From a virus: a stretch of 64,000 nt of DNA. Below, one piece after another: positions 19,955 through 30,248 of the stretch (its first letter is position 1; each line of letters opens with the position of its first letter). The stretch spans positions 32,001 through 96,000 of the IMG/VR virus record IMGVR_UViG_3300025411_000008; one strand, given 5' to 3'. The notes under the pieces are model-generated. The model did no database searches and had not been told where the DNA came from. It was given only the letters and a program-made list of their open reading frames with translations. The translations under genes and the position numbers were made by a program.

Positions 19955-20439
19955 GTATCCGTTTCCTCTTGCGTCTTCTCAAAGATCTCAAAAGGTACTA
20001 CAGGTTCAATGATGCCGAGCTCTTGGAGCACGAGGACCACACGATTCTCGAGGATTTCAATCTCTTCGTAAAGGATATCAATCACTGTGTCATACCAGTT
20101 TTGAGAGACGTAGTCATACTTTTGCTTAATAACATTCAGGCTCTTATTACCTGGGATAAGCTCTTTGCCATCTACACTGATTAGACCGGCTGCAACAACA
20201 GCTGCCTTGTACGAACGGCCATAGCCAATTGTATCAAGGAAAGGCTTGGTGAGTAGGCTGATTTCTAACTTGTCATTTACTGTTAGTGTACGAACCACAA
20301 ACTTGTGGAAGGGAATTCGAGTGACTTCTCTCTTAAGCTGACCTAAGAAGAGAAGCCCCTCGAATTCGTCCTTCCACTCGTCGGGGAAAGTATTCATATT
20401 GTTGGCCGGGTTAAAGCCTTCATTGTTGATGGTTGTCAT
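19936..20439 (-). CDS. tail assembly chaperone (gpG-like)
   Basis: Between the tube and tape measure genes; ends ...DTPKDGK over the slippery site; alternative start at 20478. Confidence 0.8.
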   Translation of the reverse strand: MTTINNEGFNPANNMNTFPDEWKDEFEGLLFLGQLKREVTRIPFHKFVVRTLTVNDKLEISLLTKPFLDTIGYGRSYKAAVVAAGLISVDGKELIPGNKSLNVIKQKYDYVSQNWYDTVIDILYEEIEILENRVVLVLQELGIIEPVVPFEIFEKTQEETDTPKDGK

Positions 20440-20494
20440 ATTACCTTTGGGTCTAGGGCTACGTTCATAGCCTACCATTTAGTAGACTAAATTA

Positions 20495-21484
20495 CTAGTT
20501 CTTGTTCAAGAAACGGTTGTAAGGCTTCTTAACACGGCGGCTACGGAGCTCAACCTGTGCAAAGAACTGACCATTAGTACCCGTACCGGAAGCAGGTACC
20601 GTAAGAACCGTACCAGCAATGTTGTTAGCCAGAGCAGAACCAGTTACGATACCACCGCTGACAGACGTTGTGGTCGAAGCAGGAGCAGCCAAGTAACCAA
20701 TGTTGCTTGTACCGCTAACACCTACAGCCGTACCTACAGCCGTACCAGAAGCAACGGCAACTGAGGGGTGGATACCTTCGGTCTGAATGAAGCCAAAGTA
20801 ACCAGCTGGGATGCTAACCAGTGGAACACCAGCGAATGCACCTTGCTTGGTACCAACCGTAGTAACCAGACCATTTACACCGCTGAGGCTGGTGTTGGCA
20901 CTGATAACATACGATGTACCCTGACCATCTTGGCGAACCTGGTAAGTAACACCAGAAGCGGTCGAGATGTAACGGTTGGTCTCATCGAACCAAACAGTAG
21001 CCCAACCACCAGAGATGGTTGAAGTAGTACCGTTGTAAGCAAGCGTGTAACGAGCGCCATCTGGGCCAGTCAACGAGTAGTTAGCAGAAGAACCAGAGAG
21101 TGTCGACTGAGGTGTACCGATACCGGCACCAGCACCAGCAGCACCACCAGCAGAAGCACCCTGGGCACCAAAGCCAGCAATGCTGAACGAGGTCAGTGAC
21201 TGACTGGTTGTGCCAAGGAGGCCCAAGAAGCTTACGCCACTTGCAACAGCCTGCTGGTTAAGGCCAGCCTGCGATTGTGCGATAAGGTAGCCACCACTTG
21301 CAGTGGTAAGGTCGGTGTTCACGGTGACAACCTTGATCACGTTCTGACGAGCACCGAGGCTGATCTTTGAGAACGTGTCGGCATCTACAACGTATTGAAC
21401 GCCTTGCACCATCTTGCGGTGATCAGGAAGAATGGCTTGGCCAACTCCTGCTTGAAGCTGAATAACGTATGAACGTACAGACAT
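20495..21484 (-). CDS. Ser/Gly/Thr-rich virion structural protein
   Basis: 329 aa within the tail operon; ten S-G motifs counted. Confidence 0.65.
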   Translation of the reverse strand: MSVRSYVIQLQAGVGQAILPDHRKMVQGVQYVVDADTFSKISLGARQNVIKVVTVNTDLTTASGGYLIAQSQAGLNQQAVASGVSFLGLLGTTSQSLTSFSIAGFGAQGASAGGAAGAGAGIGTPQSTLSGSSANYSLTGPDGARYTLAYNGTTSTISGGWATVWFDETNRYISTASGVTYQVRQDGQGTSYVISANTSLSGVNGLVTTVGTKQGAFAGVPLVSIPAGYFGFIQTEGIHPSVAVASGTAVGTAVGVSGTSNIGYLAAPASTTTSVSGGIVTGSALANNIAGTVLTVPASGTGTNGQFFAQVELRSRRVKKPYNRFLNKN

Positions 21485-21502
21485 TTTTAATTCCTTTTCT
21501 TA

Positions 21503-22024
21503 TTAGATAATTGCGTTGTTGTAGTTAGAGTAGACAGAAGGCACAAACGCAATTGGCGACTCTGTTCTCTGACGGTACATGATTGTCATCGTCTTAGGGA
21601 TTGTCATGGTACCAATCTGGATCGTTTCATCGATCTGTGCATTGGTAATGACGCATCCGTGGTAAACGATCGAACGTTGTGTACCGTCCGGCTTCGTGAT
21701 GACCTTGATGCATTGAACTTCACCTTGCTGCAGCTGAGCCTTGAAAACATCAAGGAGGTCAGCAGCTGTGGTAAAGTTCGATCCGAGCTGGGCCCAGACT
21801 TCTGAGTTCCACTGTTCAAGGAACGTGACTTCAAGAGTACCGGCCTCCAACGCAGCAGGCAGTGCAATCTCAATTGGGTACGCAGCATCAAGTGGCTGAA
21901 TAGGCACTGGCTGATTAACAGGCTGTGGTCCACGTTCAGCAATCATCTGTGCGTAAATGAGCACAGAACCATTGTAAGTAAAAGCTGTATAATGCCCACC
22001 TACACGAAATTTTGAATTAGCCAT
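21503..22024 (-). CDS. tail tube protein
   Basis: 173 aa directly after the sheath; GTL..., YHGC.I.....DE.I and tube-like C-terminal strand. Confidence 0.8.
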   Translation of the reverse strand: MANSKFRVGGHYTAFTYNGSVLIYAQMIAERGPQPVNQPVPIQPLDAAYPIEIALPAALEAGTLEVTFLEQWNSEVWAQLGSNFTTAADLLDVFKAQLQQGEVQCIKVITKPDGTQRSIVYHGCVITNAQIDETIQIGTMTIPKTMTIMYRQRTESPIAFVPSVYSNYNNAII

Positions 22025-22037
22025 AAGTTAATTACTC

Positions 22038-23858
22038 CTAGTAAACTACGGTGTTGGTCTGTGAATTAGTAGCGATAACTGAACCAGTCTGAGTGTTGAG
22101 ACTCAGAGTTGCCTGGATGTAGTTGATCGGGTACGTAGGCGAGTACTGGAACGTGATGTTAATCGTCGTAGGTGTACTCGGGTTGATGGAGAATGACAGG
22201 TTCTGGTAGCTCTGAATCAAGCCATTGTTAACTGCATAAACCAATTGCCCCTGTACTGCACCAAGAGCTGCAGCAGTTGTCGTAGCAGTCAGAGGTCCAC
22301 CAATAAGCGACGTGTTCTGGAGGGCAACTCTAATTTGGTTAGCCAGAACGTCACCGATAGCATTCAGCGAAATTTCCTGTGTCAACCAGTTGCTTACGTT
22401 CGTTGTAAGACCTTGGAGGATCCAGAAGTTACCGTCACGACGCTGGTAAACAGTAGTAATACCGTAAGGCAGGTAGTTGTACTGAGCGTCAGACAAGCTG
22501 ATTTGGTTAGGAACATAGTTGAAGCCAGCAACCGTCTTATTAGTAATTGGCGTGGCAACGTTAGTTTGACCGACGTATACACCAGCAATAGCAGCAGCCA
22601 GGTAGTAACCAGGAATATTGAAGTTAACGTTGTTAAGGCCAGTCGATGTGCTCAAACCTGGGTTGAAGTTGATCGATGCTGGGAACACGACTGATGTTCT
22701 CACACCAGCATTAGTCGCACCAATACCGCTTGCGAAGGCTTGCATCTGGCTTGTAGTCACTTGGTTGGAAGTACCATCGATACCAAGGAAAGCTCTCTGG
22801 TAGTTACCAGCAGCTGCTTGAGTCGTAAGGTAATTCGTAACAGATGCAGCTACGGTGTTCGTACCGTAAGGAATTACCTGACCATATGTATTACCGCTTG
22901 TATAAACGTTACCGTACAGAGGTACGACCACATCAATGTTGTTAAGAGCGGCAGCGTAAATGGGGTTAGAACCAGTGGTGCCAGACCCAACAGAGAACGT
23001 GTTGTTCCAGTCACCAACCGTTGCAGCACCAGAGCCGGAAGTGGCAAGACGAGCAACTGGAAGAATGGTTACAGTGTTTGCACCATTCATGAAAGCCATT
23101 TGCGCACCAAGCAGAGCTGGGTTGGTAATGGTTGTTCCACTAACTGTAGCACCAATTACAGAAGCAGCTTGTGTGTACTCGTAGAAAGTACCGTAAGCGC
23201 CCCAGTTGTGACCATATGTGATCTGCACAAGACCACTAGGGATAAGGTTCTGTACGGCTGTACCGGAGTAAGTAGATGTGTTTCCAACCCCGCTCAACGT
23301 AGTATTGTTAACATAGAAAGCAGAGAGCGAAGCAGAAGCAACGGTGTATGTACCGTTAAAACCGCTCGATGTACCAGTGAAACCTGTAATGTTTACGCTA
23401 GAGCCACCACTAATGGTGTTTGTACCAGACGTAGTGAAGATCCACTGAGTACCATTACCCGAAGCACCAGTGAAGTTGGTAAGAGCAGTGGTTCCGCTCG
23501 TAGTCAGGTAAGAGAAGGCGCCAAAGCCACCTGAAGCAGTGGGTGCGTTTGCAATGGTAAAGCTAGTACCATAAGAACCTGTAACGGTTACACCGAGGCT
23601 GTTTGTCCAAGTTACTGTGTAACCAGAGTTAGCTGTGTAGGTACCATTGTAGCTTGTATTGACCATTGGAATGGTGAGCTGACCAACGTTGATACCACTA
23701 ATAGCTGCTACGTTACTGAACGTGTCAGTCTGTGTACCGGCGAGAGGGTTGTCAGCGATGATGGCGATGTTAAGAGACGTAGGGTTAACTGCTGTTAAAG
23801 CTTGGCTCGTCGTTTGTGTGACGTAAACCCCAGGAATCTGGTAGTTGGAAATGGGCAT
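22038..23858 (-). CDS. tail sheath protein
   Basis: N-terminal Y..PGVYV; YLAAAIAG...P.TNK; G.TT; C-terminal YP.NYI; inserted beta module. Confidence 0.9.
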   Translation of the reverse strand: MPISNYQIPGVYVTQTTSQALTAVNPTSLNIAIIADNPLAGTQTDTFSNVAAISGINVGQLTIPMVNTSYNGTYTANSGYTVTWTNSLGVTVTGSYGTSFTIANAPTASGGFGAFSYLTTSGTTALTNFTGASGNGTQWIFTTSGTNTISGGSSVNITGFTGTSSGFNGTYTVASASLSAFYVNNTTLSGVGNTSTYSGTAVQNLIPSGLVQITYGHNWGAYGTFYEYTQAASVIGATVSGTTITNPALLGAQMAFMNGANTVTILPVARLATSGSGAATVGDWNNTFSVGSGTTGSNPIYAAALNNIDVVVPLYGNVYTSGNTYGQVIPYGTNTVAASVTNYLTTQAAAGNYQRAFLGIDGTSNQVTTSQMQAFASGIGATNAGVRTSVVFPASINFNPGLSTSTGLNNVNFNIPGYYLAAAIAGVYVGQTNVATPITNKTVAGFNYVPNQISLSDAQYNYLPYGITTVYQRRDGNFWILQGLTTNVSNWLTQEISLNAIGDVLANQIRVALQNTSLIGGPLTATTTAAALGAVQGQLVYAVNNGLIQSYQNLSFSINPSTPTTINITFQYSPTYPINYIQATLSLNTQTGSVIATNSQTNTVVY

Positions 23859-23919
23859 ACATTCTCCTTCAATGCCTTATGCAAATTGTTTGTGGTTTTA
23901 CAGTGTTACTTTGATAGAA

Positions 23920-24585
23920 TTATTGGGTAAATGGCTTGCCGGGAGCTGTATAGATATTTGGTACTTCTGTTCCAGTAGCAGTAATTTTTGTAATCTGTGG
24001 GTAAATAACCTGGTACTGTGGCTCATAGAAGTCACCAATACATGCCACTCTGATGCTGGCTTCATAAGTTAATTCTTCTGGGCTCCATGGAGTTCCTGCG
24101 CTAACGCTGTCCCCCAACGGGGTAAGCGTATCTAATCTAAGCGTCATACCAACAAGATTGCTATTAGCAATACTTTGAGTGAAAGCCACACTGGCTGGGC
24201 TAATCATATCCATAAGAATGAGGTTTGTTACGCTGTCGTACAAACGATCCCGTTCTTCAGAGTGCATTGCCATGATCTGAAGGTCGATATTGCCTTCAAA
24301 GTAGCCTTCTCTAATGGTGTTGGTGCCTGAGTAAGTGGTGCCACTGATGGTAATACCGCCTGATGAAACAGAATAAATGTTAGGGTTGATACCTGACCAT
24401 TGGACTTTGCTTGGTCTGAACTGAACAAAGATGGCAGGCCACTGAACAGGCTCGAGTGGGTACTCAATAGTGATACTGTTTGGCGTTAAGTCAAGGCTAG
24501 TGTTGCTAGGGGTGCCTGAATTGAGCGTGTTGAATCCTGCTTCTAGTGCTTCAACTATTGCTGTTTTTACGGCTGTTACAAACAT
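23920..24585 (-). CDS. tail terminator / tail completion protein
   Basis: IEYP.....WPAI.V and ERDRL.D motifs; position upstream of the sheath. Confidence 0.7.
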   Translation of the reverse strand: MFVTAVKTAIVEALEAGFNTLNSGTPSNTSLDLTPNSITIEYPLEPVQWPAIFVQFRPSKVQWSGINPNIYSVSSGGITISGTTYSGTNTIREGYFEGNIDLQIMAMHSEERDRLYDSVTNLILMDMISPASVAFTQSIANSNLVGMTLRLDTLTPLGDSVSAGTPWSPEELTYEASIRVACIGDFYEPQYQVIYPQITKITATGTEVPNIYTAPGKPFTQ

Positions 24586-24593
24586 TATGTCTC

Positions 24594-25112
24594 CTAGACA
24601 GATGGTCTTCCGTAGAAGACTTCACTGACATCGTCTTTTTCATTGGTCTTAAGTAGCATTTGCACTACATCTTCTGCTCTAGCGCCCTTCTTCCATTCAT
24701 CGACACTCATCTGAATGGCTTTCTGCAAGAATGCTGTACCAGGCTTGCCTGGGTAATACCATGCAGGCAAAGCAGACTGAATGCTTCCGTCTCTTGATGC
24801 ACGTGTGATGATAGGGATTTGACCAATCTTGTTGGCTGAAGCTCTTCTAAAAGCCATTGTTCCGTCTGAGTTGCGGATGGGGATAACACGACCAGCAACG
24901 TCAACCATTGCGTGCGCTTTAATACCCTTGTCAAGATCAAGTAGATAAGCAAACTTATCCGGCACTTCCAGCCCAACAATACCAGGTTGAGAATAAGGGA
25001 TAAGGCTATTTAAACCTTTACCAGTCTTCCTTGGTCCAATGATTTGAGCGATCTGGACAGCACGACGGGAGAGCTGTTGCGTTAACTCTTCTGGTGCTGG
25101 GATCATGCTCAT
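24594..25112 (-). CDS. neck / tail completion protein (HK97 gp10-like)
   Basis: P.KTG...S and YPG.PG..FL..A motifs; synteny. Confidence 0.6.
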   Translation of the reverse strand: MSMIPAPEELTQQLSRRAVQIAQIIGPRKTGKGLNSLIPYSQPGIVGLEVPDKFAYLLDLDKGIKAHAMVDVAGRVIPIRNSDGTMAFRRASANKIGQIPIITRASRDGSIQSALPAWYYPGKPGTAFLQKAIQMSVDEWKKGARAEDVVQMLLKTNEKDDVSEVFYGRPSV

Positions 25113-25846
25113 AGAACAGGTACGTTATAGTAAGGGTGTCCTGGCCATACATTCTCGAGGACTGTCTGCTGGTTAACGATGATTGTCGTGTTGCTAAATG
25201 GTTGGGTGGTACCAACACGATATGGGTATTGTGCGCTGGGCCCAGGACCAGTTCTGATGGTTTGCGGGCTTACGTCTGCAACTTGGAAGCGTTCACTCGT
25301 AGAGGTAGGAACACCATTGTTCCAGCTTTCTACTCGTACCACTAGGTCACCAGTACGGATCTGAGGAAACCATGAAAACTGAACTCTTGGGTTCTGCTTC
25401 CAGAATTGACCAGTTGAGAGGCTCTTACGATCATCTTCTGTATCAGAAGCCAGCATATAAAGGTGATAGCAAGTAGGTTGGAAGCCACCTGAGAACGTAG
25501 TGCCATAACAGGTCGGGCAGTAGCTATTGCCAGTCTGTTTATAAACGTTGCTTACACGGTTTTGAATAGACGTGTAAGGATTAGATGGGTTAGGGCTGTC
25601 TTGGCATTCTTGGCAATAGCCTACGAGACCAGCTTCTGCGTCTTCAGCACGCCACAAAAGACGTACGATGCACTCTTCTCCGAACCATTGCAATGTCTCA
25701 TCGTGGAAACGTTGTTGGTTAACTTGAGTGAAAGCTTCCCGTTGTTTAACAACAAGCAAAGGGCTTTCAAGCTGTGTATTTAAGCCGCCGCTACCAGAAA
25801 CAACAGGACCTGGCTGTGGATTGATACCTGACACACTAGACCCCAC
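25109..25846 (-). CDS. head closure (stopper) protein with a Zn-binding insertion
   Basis: C-x2-C...C-x2-CYGT.F.GG; P.IR.GD+.V; synteny; the start may be GTG at 25834. Confidence 0.7.
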   Translation of the reverse strand: MGSSVSGINPQPGPVVSGSGGLNTQLESPLLVVKQREAFTQVNQQRFHDETLQWFGEECIVRLLWRAEDAEAGLVGYCQECQDSPNPSNPYTSIQNRVSNVYKQTGNSYCPTCYGTTFSGGFQPTCYHLYMLASDTEDDRKSLSTGQFWKQNPRVQFSWFPQIRTGDLVVRVESWNNGVPTSTSERFQVADVSPQTIRTGPGPSAQYPYRVGTTQPFSNTTIIVNQQTVLENVWPGHPYYNVPVL

Positions 25847-26462
25847 CCATGTTCACTGCAAAATCAGCAACTTCGTTTTCCCACACTACGCGGGCAGTCC
25901 AACCTTGTTTTGCATACCAATCAATGAGATCCTGCGGGTTTTCTCCACGGTGCCAGTATGTTCCCCATACTTCTACAATCTCACGGGTGTCTGACTTTAC
26001 GTAGTCTGGGATGTGAACGCCAACCTTTGGGTTCCCAATAAAATAACGCTTGTCTTGTGTGCTAACATAGCCAAGTGGTTCAAGAACGGGCTTAAGTGAC
26101 AATTCCACTTTAGAAGACTTATTATTAGAACCATAGACGTTCATAAAACGGCCTTCTTTGTGAAGACGCACATTCTTTTCTGACATCTTTTTGCGGAACT
26201 CATCATCATATTTATGTTTTGCCAAGCGTTTTAAGTTACGCTCTCTTTGTTCTTCAAACGTGACCGTGCGTATGTAATGGCCAGCAACAAAACGTGTTTG
26301 ACGTGTTTTATTTGTTTTTACAGTTTCACCGCATCCGCATCCACATAAGACATCTCGGTCTTGACATTCTGGACAAGTTTTACGGCTTGGACCGCCACGT
26401 GTTTTAATTTGTTCTTTTTCTTCATTGCAAACACGGCATACGTATTGGAGTGTGACTGGCAT
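25836..26462 (-). mobile_element. free-standing putative homing endonuclease (Zn-finger + CGCGCG domain + Vsr/DUF559-like PD-(D/E)xK nuclease)
   Basis: CRVC, CPEC, LCGCGCG, RFVAGH, SKVE...PDY...IVEVWGTYWH...GW...VVWE; interrupts the neck gene order. Confidence 0.78.
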
Positions 26463-27328
26463 TATGCACCTCCAAGGTTGACTGCAGCGTACTGAAAGTG
26501 CGGACGACTCGGATTAGTGTACATACGTGGGATAAGACCACCAGCAACCAAAAGGCTTCTCTTCGATCCAACCATGAACTGACGCTTCATCTGACGCAGC
26601 TGCTTGTCAGCAACTTCCTTGTCAAACAGGTAAAGCTGCCACCAACGGTTGTAGTAATCTCTGCGGTCCATCCAAGCAGCGTTCATGCCTTGTGGCATAG
26701 GCTGCTCAATGTAGTTACGAGCAATGTGCTTCAAGAAGTGAGCATATGTTTGCGTAGCTAGTACACCGTAATAGGTAGTTGGGAATGGAACAATGGCATT
26801 AAGACCAATTTGGTAAGCAGGGTTAAAGATAGGCTGGAACTCAAAGTTAATGTAGTCCATGGTTTCGTCTTGCATAACCATAGCTACTTCTTCGTAAATC
26901 AAGAAGCCACTTTGATTGAGTTCCTGAAGGTATGGGCCACCAGCAGTGCTGTCAAAGCTCTTGTCAATGCGGTGAACAATACCAGCAACCAATTGACGTT
27001 GATCAGTGTCTAAGTTACTCCAGTAAGGCATCTGGTCAGTAACAACAAAGTTGTCTACGTAAGTTCTTGGGCTACCGCTATTAACTGTGTAGTTCCAAGT
27101 AACGGCATAGTTTCCTTGAATAGCAGTCTGGCTTGAATTAAGTGTGTACTGATATGTGCCAGTACTTTCATAACTAGTCTGTCCCGAAGCAAGAACCACA
27201 GTATTGCTATCAGTGTTTGTAATGTTGATCCATACGTATTTGTTATCAGGGTCAGCAAGAGAACCGCTGATATACGTTGTGATGCCAACAGGCTCTGCTG
27301 CATACTGTGGTATAGGACGTACTCTCAT
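26462..27328 (-). CDS. head-tail adaptor with an N-terminal Ig-like (BppU-type) domain
   Basis: TGTYQY...G.Y..TW N-terminal domain; helical C-terminal domain with DRRDY..RW; synteny. Confidence 0.7.
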   Translation of the reverse strand: MRVRPIPQYAAEPVGITTYISGSLADPDNKYVWINITNTDSNTVVLASGQTSYESTGTYQYTLNSSQTAIQGNYAVTWNYTVNSGSPRTYVDNFVVTDQMPYWSNLDTDQRQLVAGIVHRIDKSFDSTAGGPYLQELNQSGFLIYEEVAMVMQDETMDYINFEFQPIFNPAYQIGLNAIVPFPTTYYGVLATQTYAHFLKHIARNYIEQPMPQGMNAAWMDRRDYYNRWWQLYLFDKEVADKQLRQMKRQFMVGSKRSLLVAGGLIPRMYTNPSRPHFQYAAVNLGGA

Positions 27329-27331
27329 TGG

Positions 27332-28552
27332 TTACGAACCGATGTAAGTCATTGAAAGATAAGTGTGTTGGTATCCTGCTAGGCCGAATGCAGTAGCGCC
27401 AACAGATTGCTGATTATAAGTAGATTCAGAACCATTATAAGCAACAAGAGTGACAGACTGACCAGCAAAGCAATACTGAATATCAGAGAAAACAATGGTT
27501 TCAGGCCCTTGTTGATAAGGTCCGCCACTGCCACTTTGCAACAAGAAAGCACTGGAATGTGTTGGGTTACTAAATGTATTCCCCAAAGACAAGCCATAAA
27601 TGCCAGGGAGAGAAACATTTCCTCCATTATTGACAAACCCTGCAGATGCATTGATTTGATAATAACCAGCAATAGGAGTAATTAACGATGTGCTACCGTC
27701 AGTCGTGAACCCACCTCTTAGATAACCAATGGCACCGCCAGTTGACATGTTGCTAATAGTTGCGTAACCACCACTTGAGGCAAGGGTGGTAGGTGCAGTC
27801 GCACCAATTCGTGCAGATGGAATGCCACTGATTGTTACGCCACCAACTGTTAAGTTACCGCTAACAGTTAAATTACCACCAACTACAACATTGCCATTGG
27901 GTGCACTAATAGCAGTTCCAGTGTTATTCGCATAAATTTCACCAGCAGCATTGATGGCATTTCCAACAGTAAGAGTATTGCCGACATTTACAGTTGTACC
28001 GGAAATTGTGGCAGCTTGTAATGTACCACTTGTGGTTATATTTCCAGCAACTTGCAATGCTCCGTTTGGAAATACGATTGAAGTACCATTGACATTGAAG
28101 TTTCCTGCAACACCCAAAGATCCTAGTACTGTTTCACCACCAGCTACTGTAACATTGCCACTGATAGTAACACCATTGGCAACAGTTAGACCATTATTAA
28201 GAGTAAGCGTTCCTGTGCTAGTAAGGTTAGATACATCAAAGTCAGATGCAATTGGTCCAGCAACCCATGGATAGTTAGTACCGCTTGTAGTACCAATGGT
28301 TGAAGTGCCTTCCTGAGCACGAAGGACTGTAGCTACGTTATTAGTACCACCACTGACGCTAGATACACCAGTGACATAGACAATCTCTTGTGAACCCGCT
28401 ACACCAAAGTATCCTGGGTTTAGAGTGACAGCAATGGTATAGCCACCGCTTGGCACCGGCCAAGTTGTACCAGTAATGGTAGTTTGGCTGGTGTTATTGA
28501 TCACACCTGATACGACACCGGATTGGAAATTAACACGTTGACGCAGAGTCAT
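27332..28552 (-). CDS. fibre/appendage protein (beta-helix-like repeats, C1q-like tip)
   Basis: EIVYVT...VLRAQEGT anchor motif; GNLTVSG repeats; P.AGYYQI.A tip. Confidence 0.7.
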   Translation of the reverse strand: MTLRQRVNFQSGVVSGVINNTSQTTITGTTWPVPSGGYTIAVTLNPGYFGVAGSQEIVYVTGVSSVSGGTNNVATVLRAQEGTSTIGTTSGTNYPWVAGPIASDFDVSNLTSTGTLTLNNGLTVANGVTISGNVTVAGGETVLGSLGVAGNFNVNGTSIVFPNGALQVAGNITTSGTLQAATISGTTVNVGNTLTVGNAINAAGEIYANNTGTAISAPNGNVVVGGNLTVSGNLTVGGVTISGIPSARIGATAPTTLASSGGYATISNMSTGGAIGYLRGGFTTDGSTSLITPIAGYYQINASAGFVNNGGNVSLPGIYGLSLGNTFSNPTHSSAFLLQSGSGGPYQQGPETIVFSDIQYCFAGQSVTLVAYNGSESTYNQQSVGATAFGLAGYQHTYLSMTYIGS

Positions 28553-28560
28553 TTAATTCC

Positions 28561-29127
28561 TTAGGCCTTGGGCAAGTCAGCAGGTGTGCGGATAGGCTTT
28601 GTTGTGTTGGTTACATTACGAAGGAAAGTCTGTGGCATGCGGCCATCAACTGCAAAGTTTTCTGGGTTTGGAGTATTTTTGGGGGTATTTACCCAAACGT
28701 AAGACGGGTCGCCCTGTTGTCCCATGCTCACAGTAAGGATATCGCTGCCATTCACCTTAACAACGATCGCTACATGTTCGCCCGTTCCACCACCATAAAC
28801 TACGTGGTCACCAGGCTGTACTTCTTCTACGGCAACACCCTTGGCACTCTTAACAAACAGTGCAAGGTGCTGTTCGTGGCTAAGGAATGTACCGGTGTAG
28901 CCCTCGTGGTCAAAACCAAGGCCATTAGGGTCATTACCATTAGCAAGAAATGCCCACAAGGTGCAAGAACCCGAGCAGTCGGTGTTGATAGGGAATCTGG
29001 GGGGCCAGACACCAATGGCATTCATACGGTTGGCGAGTTCTGAGTAGTTCCAGTTCCCAGGATTATTGGTGCGATTAGCTACGCCCCATTCGGCCCAAGC
29101 TACTTGTGCGTTACGTGTGTCATTCAT
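28561..29127 (-). CDS. NlpC/P60-like cysteine peptidase, probable endolysin
   Basis: TDCSG, GYTGT, PGD.VVYG...GEHVAIV. Confidence 0.75.
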   Translation of the reverse strand: MNDTRNAQVAWAEWGVANRTNNPGNWNYSELANRMNAIGVWPPRFPINTDCSGSCTLWAFLANGNDPNGLGFDHEGYTGTFLSHEQHLALFVKSAKGVAVEEVQPGDHVVYGGGTGEHVAIVVKVNGSDILTVSMGQQGDPSYVWVNTPKNTPNPENFAVDGRMPQTFLRNVTNTTKPIRTPADLPKA

Positions 29128-29160
29128 ATTATCTCCTTTGGTCTATTATCTACAGCAAAA

Positions 29161-29490
29161 TTAAGAGGGTACTACATCTTCGCCTGATGGATAGTCAGGT
29201 TCTGTAAAGTCATTGGGTTGCAGGACTTCTTCTGCGGTGTACCCTTCGCTAGCAGGAATTATTGGTTCTATCCAATTAAGACCTGGCTGGTCATTATTCG
29301 CAGTGAAGTTGCCAGCATTATCAAGATTTTGATCGTTATTTAATGCATAATTATTAACATTGATAAGTGGTTGTACTTTACCAAATTCAACCAACAAGAT
29401 GTTTAATATATAAGATTGCAGCTTACGTATACCACGGTAGCCTTCATACACTTTGGCGTTTGCGCTGTAATATCCTCGGTTACCTAGCAT
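29161..29490 (-). CDS. hypothetical protein (109 aa)
   Basis: Real start likely MLGNRGYY at 29490 (TAATG overlap); the longer track ORF overlaps the next gene. Confidence 0.6.
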   Translation of the reverse strand: MLGNRGYYSANAKVYEGYRGIRKLQSYILNILLVEFGKVQPLINVNNYALNNDQNLDNAGNFTANNDQPGLNWIEPIIPASEGYTAEEVLQPNDFTEPDYPSGEDVVPS

Positions 29491-30248
29491 TAGAACGTTA
29501 CCGTTCCTGTACCCGCCGTGCTGAATGTAAACACAACGTAACCGGTGTAAGTGGTCTTGGTGTAGGCGAGCGACGAGGTCGGCGTTCCGGTGTAGGTGCT
29601 TGGCAGAGAGATGATGACCACGCCACCCGTAGCCTGAACGGTGGTAGCGCCATTGAGACCCGAGCCCATTCCGTAGCCCGTTGAACTCCACCCTGCTCCG
29701 GTTGAGCCAGGTAAGTGGGTGGCGTAGCCACCACCACCGGCTGCGTAGTAGACCGCCGTTCCGGTAATCGAACTCTGAAGTCCGTCACCACCATTACCAC
29801 CGATACCGGTTAGGGAGCTGAAGCCGGTTCCGTTCGTACCGGCGCTACCAGCACCACCACCACCGCCGTAGCCGAACGCGTTTCCCGTGCCACCGGCATT
29901 TCCCTGTCCCGAAGTTCCGGCGTAGGAGGTCGTGGTGTTAGAGCCACCAGCAGATCCAACTACACCCGAGCCACCGGAGTTGAACTGACCACCACCGAGT
30001 GAGGTTGTGGTATTAAACGTCGAGTTGCCACCATTGCTCGAGGAGCCCTTAGCACCGACGACGATTGTGTAGTCAGTTCCTAATTTAATTGTTGGTGTAA
30101 TGGTCTGCATACCACCAGCACCACCGGCAAAGCGAGGCGTGGAGTAGGAGCCACCGCCACCGACGATGAGCACAGTTGCAGCAAAAAACGGTGAGAACAT
30201 ACCGAGTGTTTGAATAGCATCGTCCGCAAATGTGGTTACAAGTGGCAT
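29490..30248 (-). CDS. glycine-rich domain virion/fibre-associated protein
   Basis: VLIVGGGG, GGAGG, GQGNAGG, SSITG.AVYYAAGGGG and GGVVII motifs; elevated GC. Confidence 0.75.
   Translation of the reverse strand: MPLVTTFADDAIQTLGMFSPFFAATVLIVGGGGSYSTPRFAGGAGGMQTITPTIKLGTDYTIVVGAKGSSSNGGNSTFNTTTSLGGGQFNSGGSGVVGSAGGSNTTTSYAGTSGQGNAGGTGNAFGYGGGGGAGSAGTNGTGFSSLTGIGGNGGDGLQSSITGTAVYYAAGGGGYATHLPGSTGAGWSSTGYGMGSGLNGATTVQATGGVVIISLPSTYTGTPTSSLAYTKTTYTGYVVFTFSTAGTGTVTF

Noticed and set aside
25836-26462. Group I intron or intein around the endonuclease
   Set aside because: There is no non-coding space for a ribozyme core, and the ORF has its own start and stop with no intein terminal motifs.
29491-29691. 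N-terminal extension of track ORF 29161-29691
   Set aside because: It overlaps the glycine-rich gene out of frame; the TAATG-coupled ATG at 29490 is the more plausible start.
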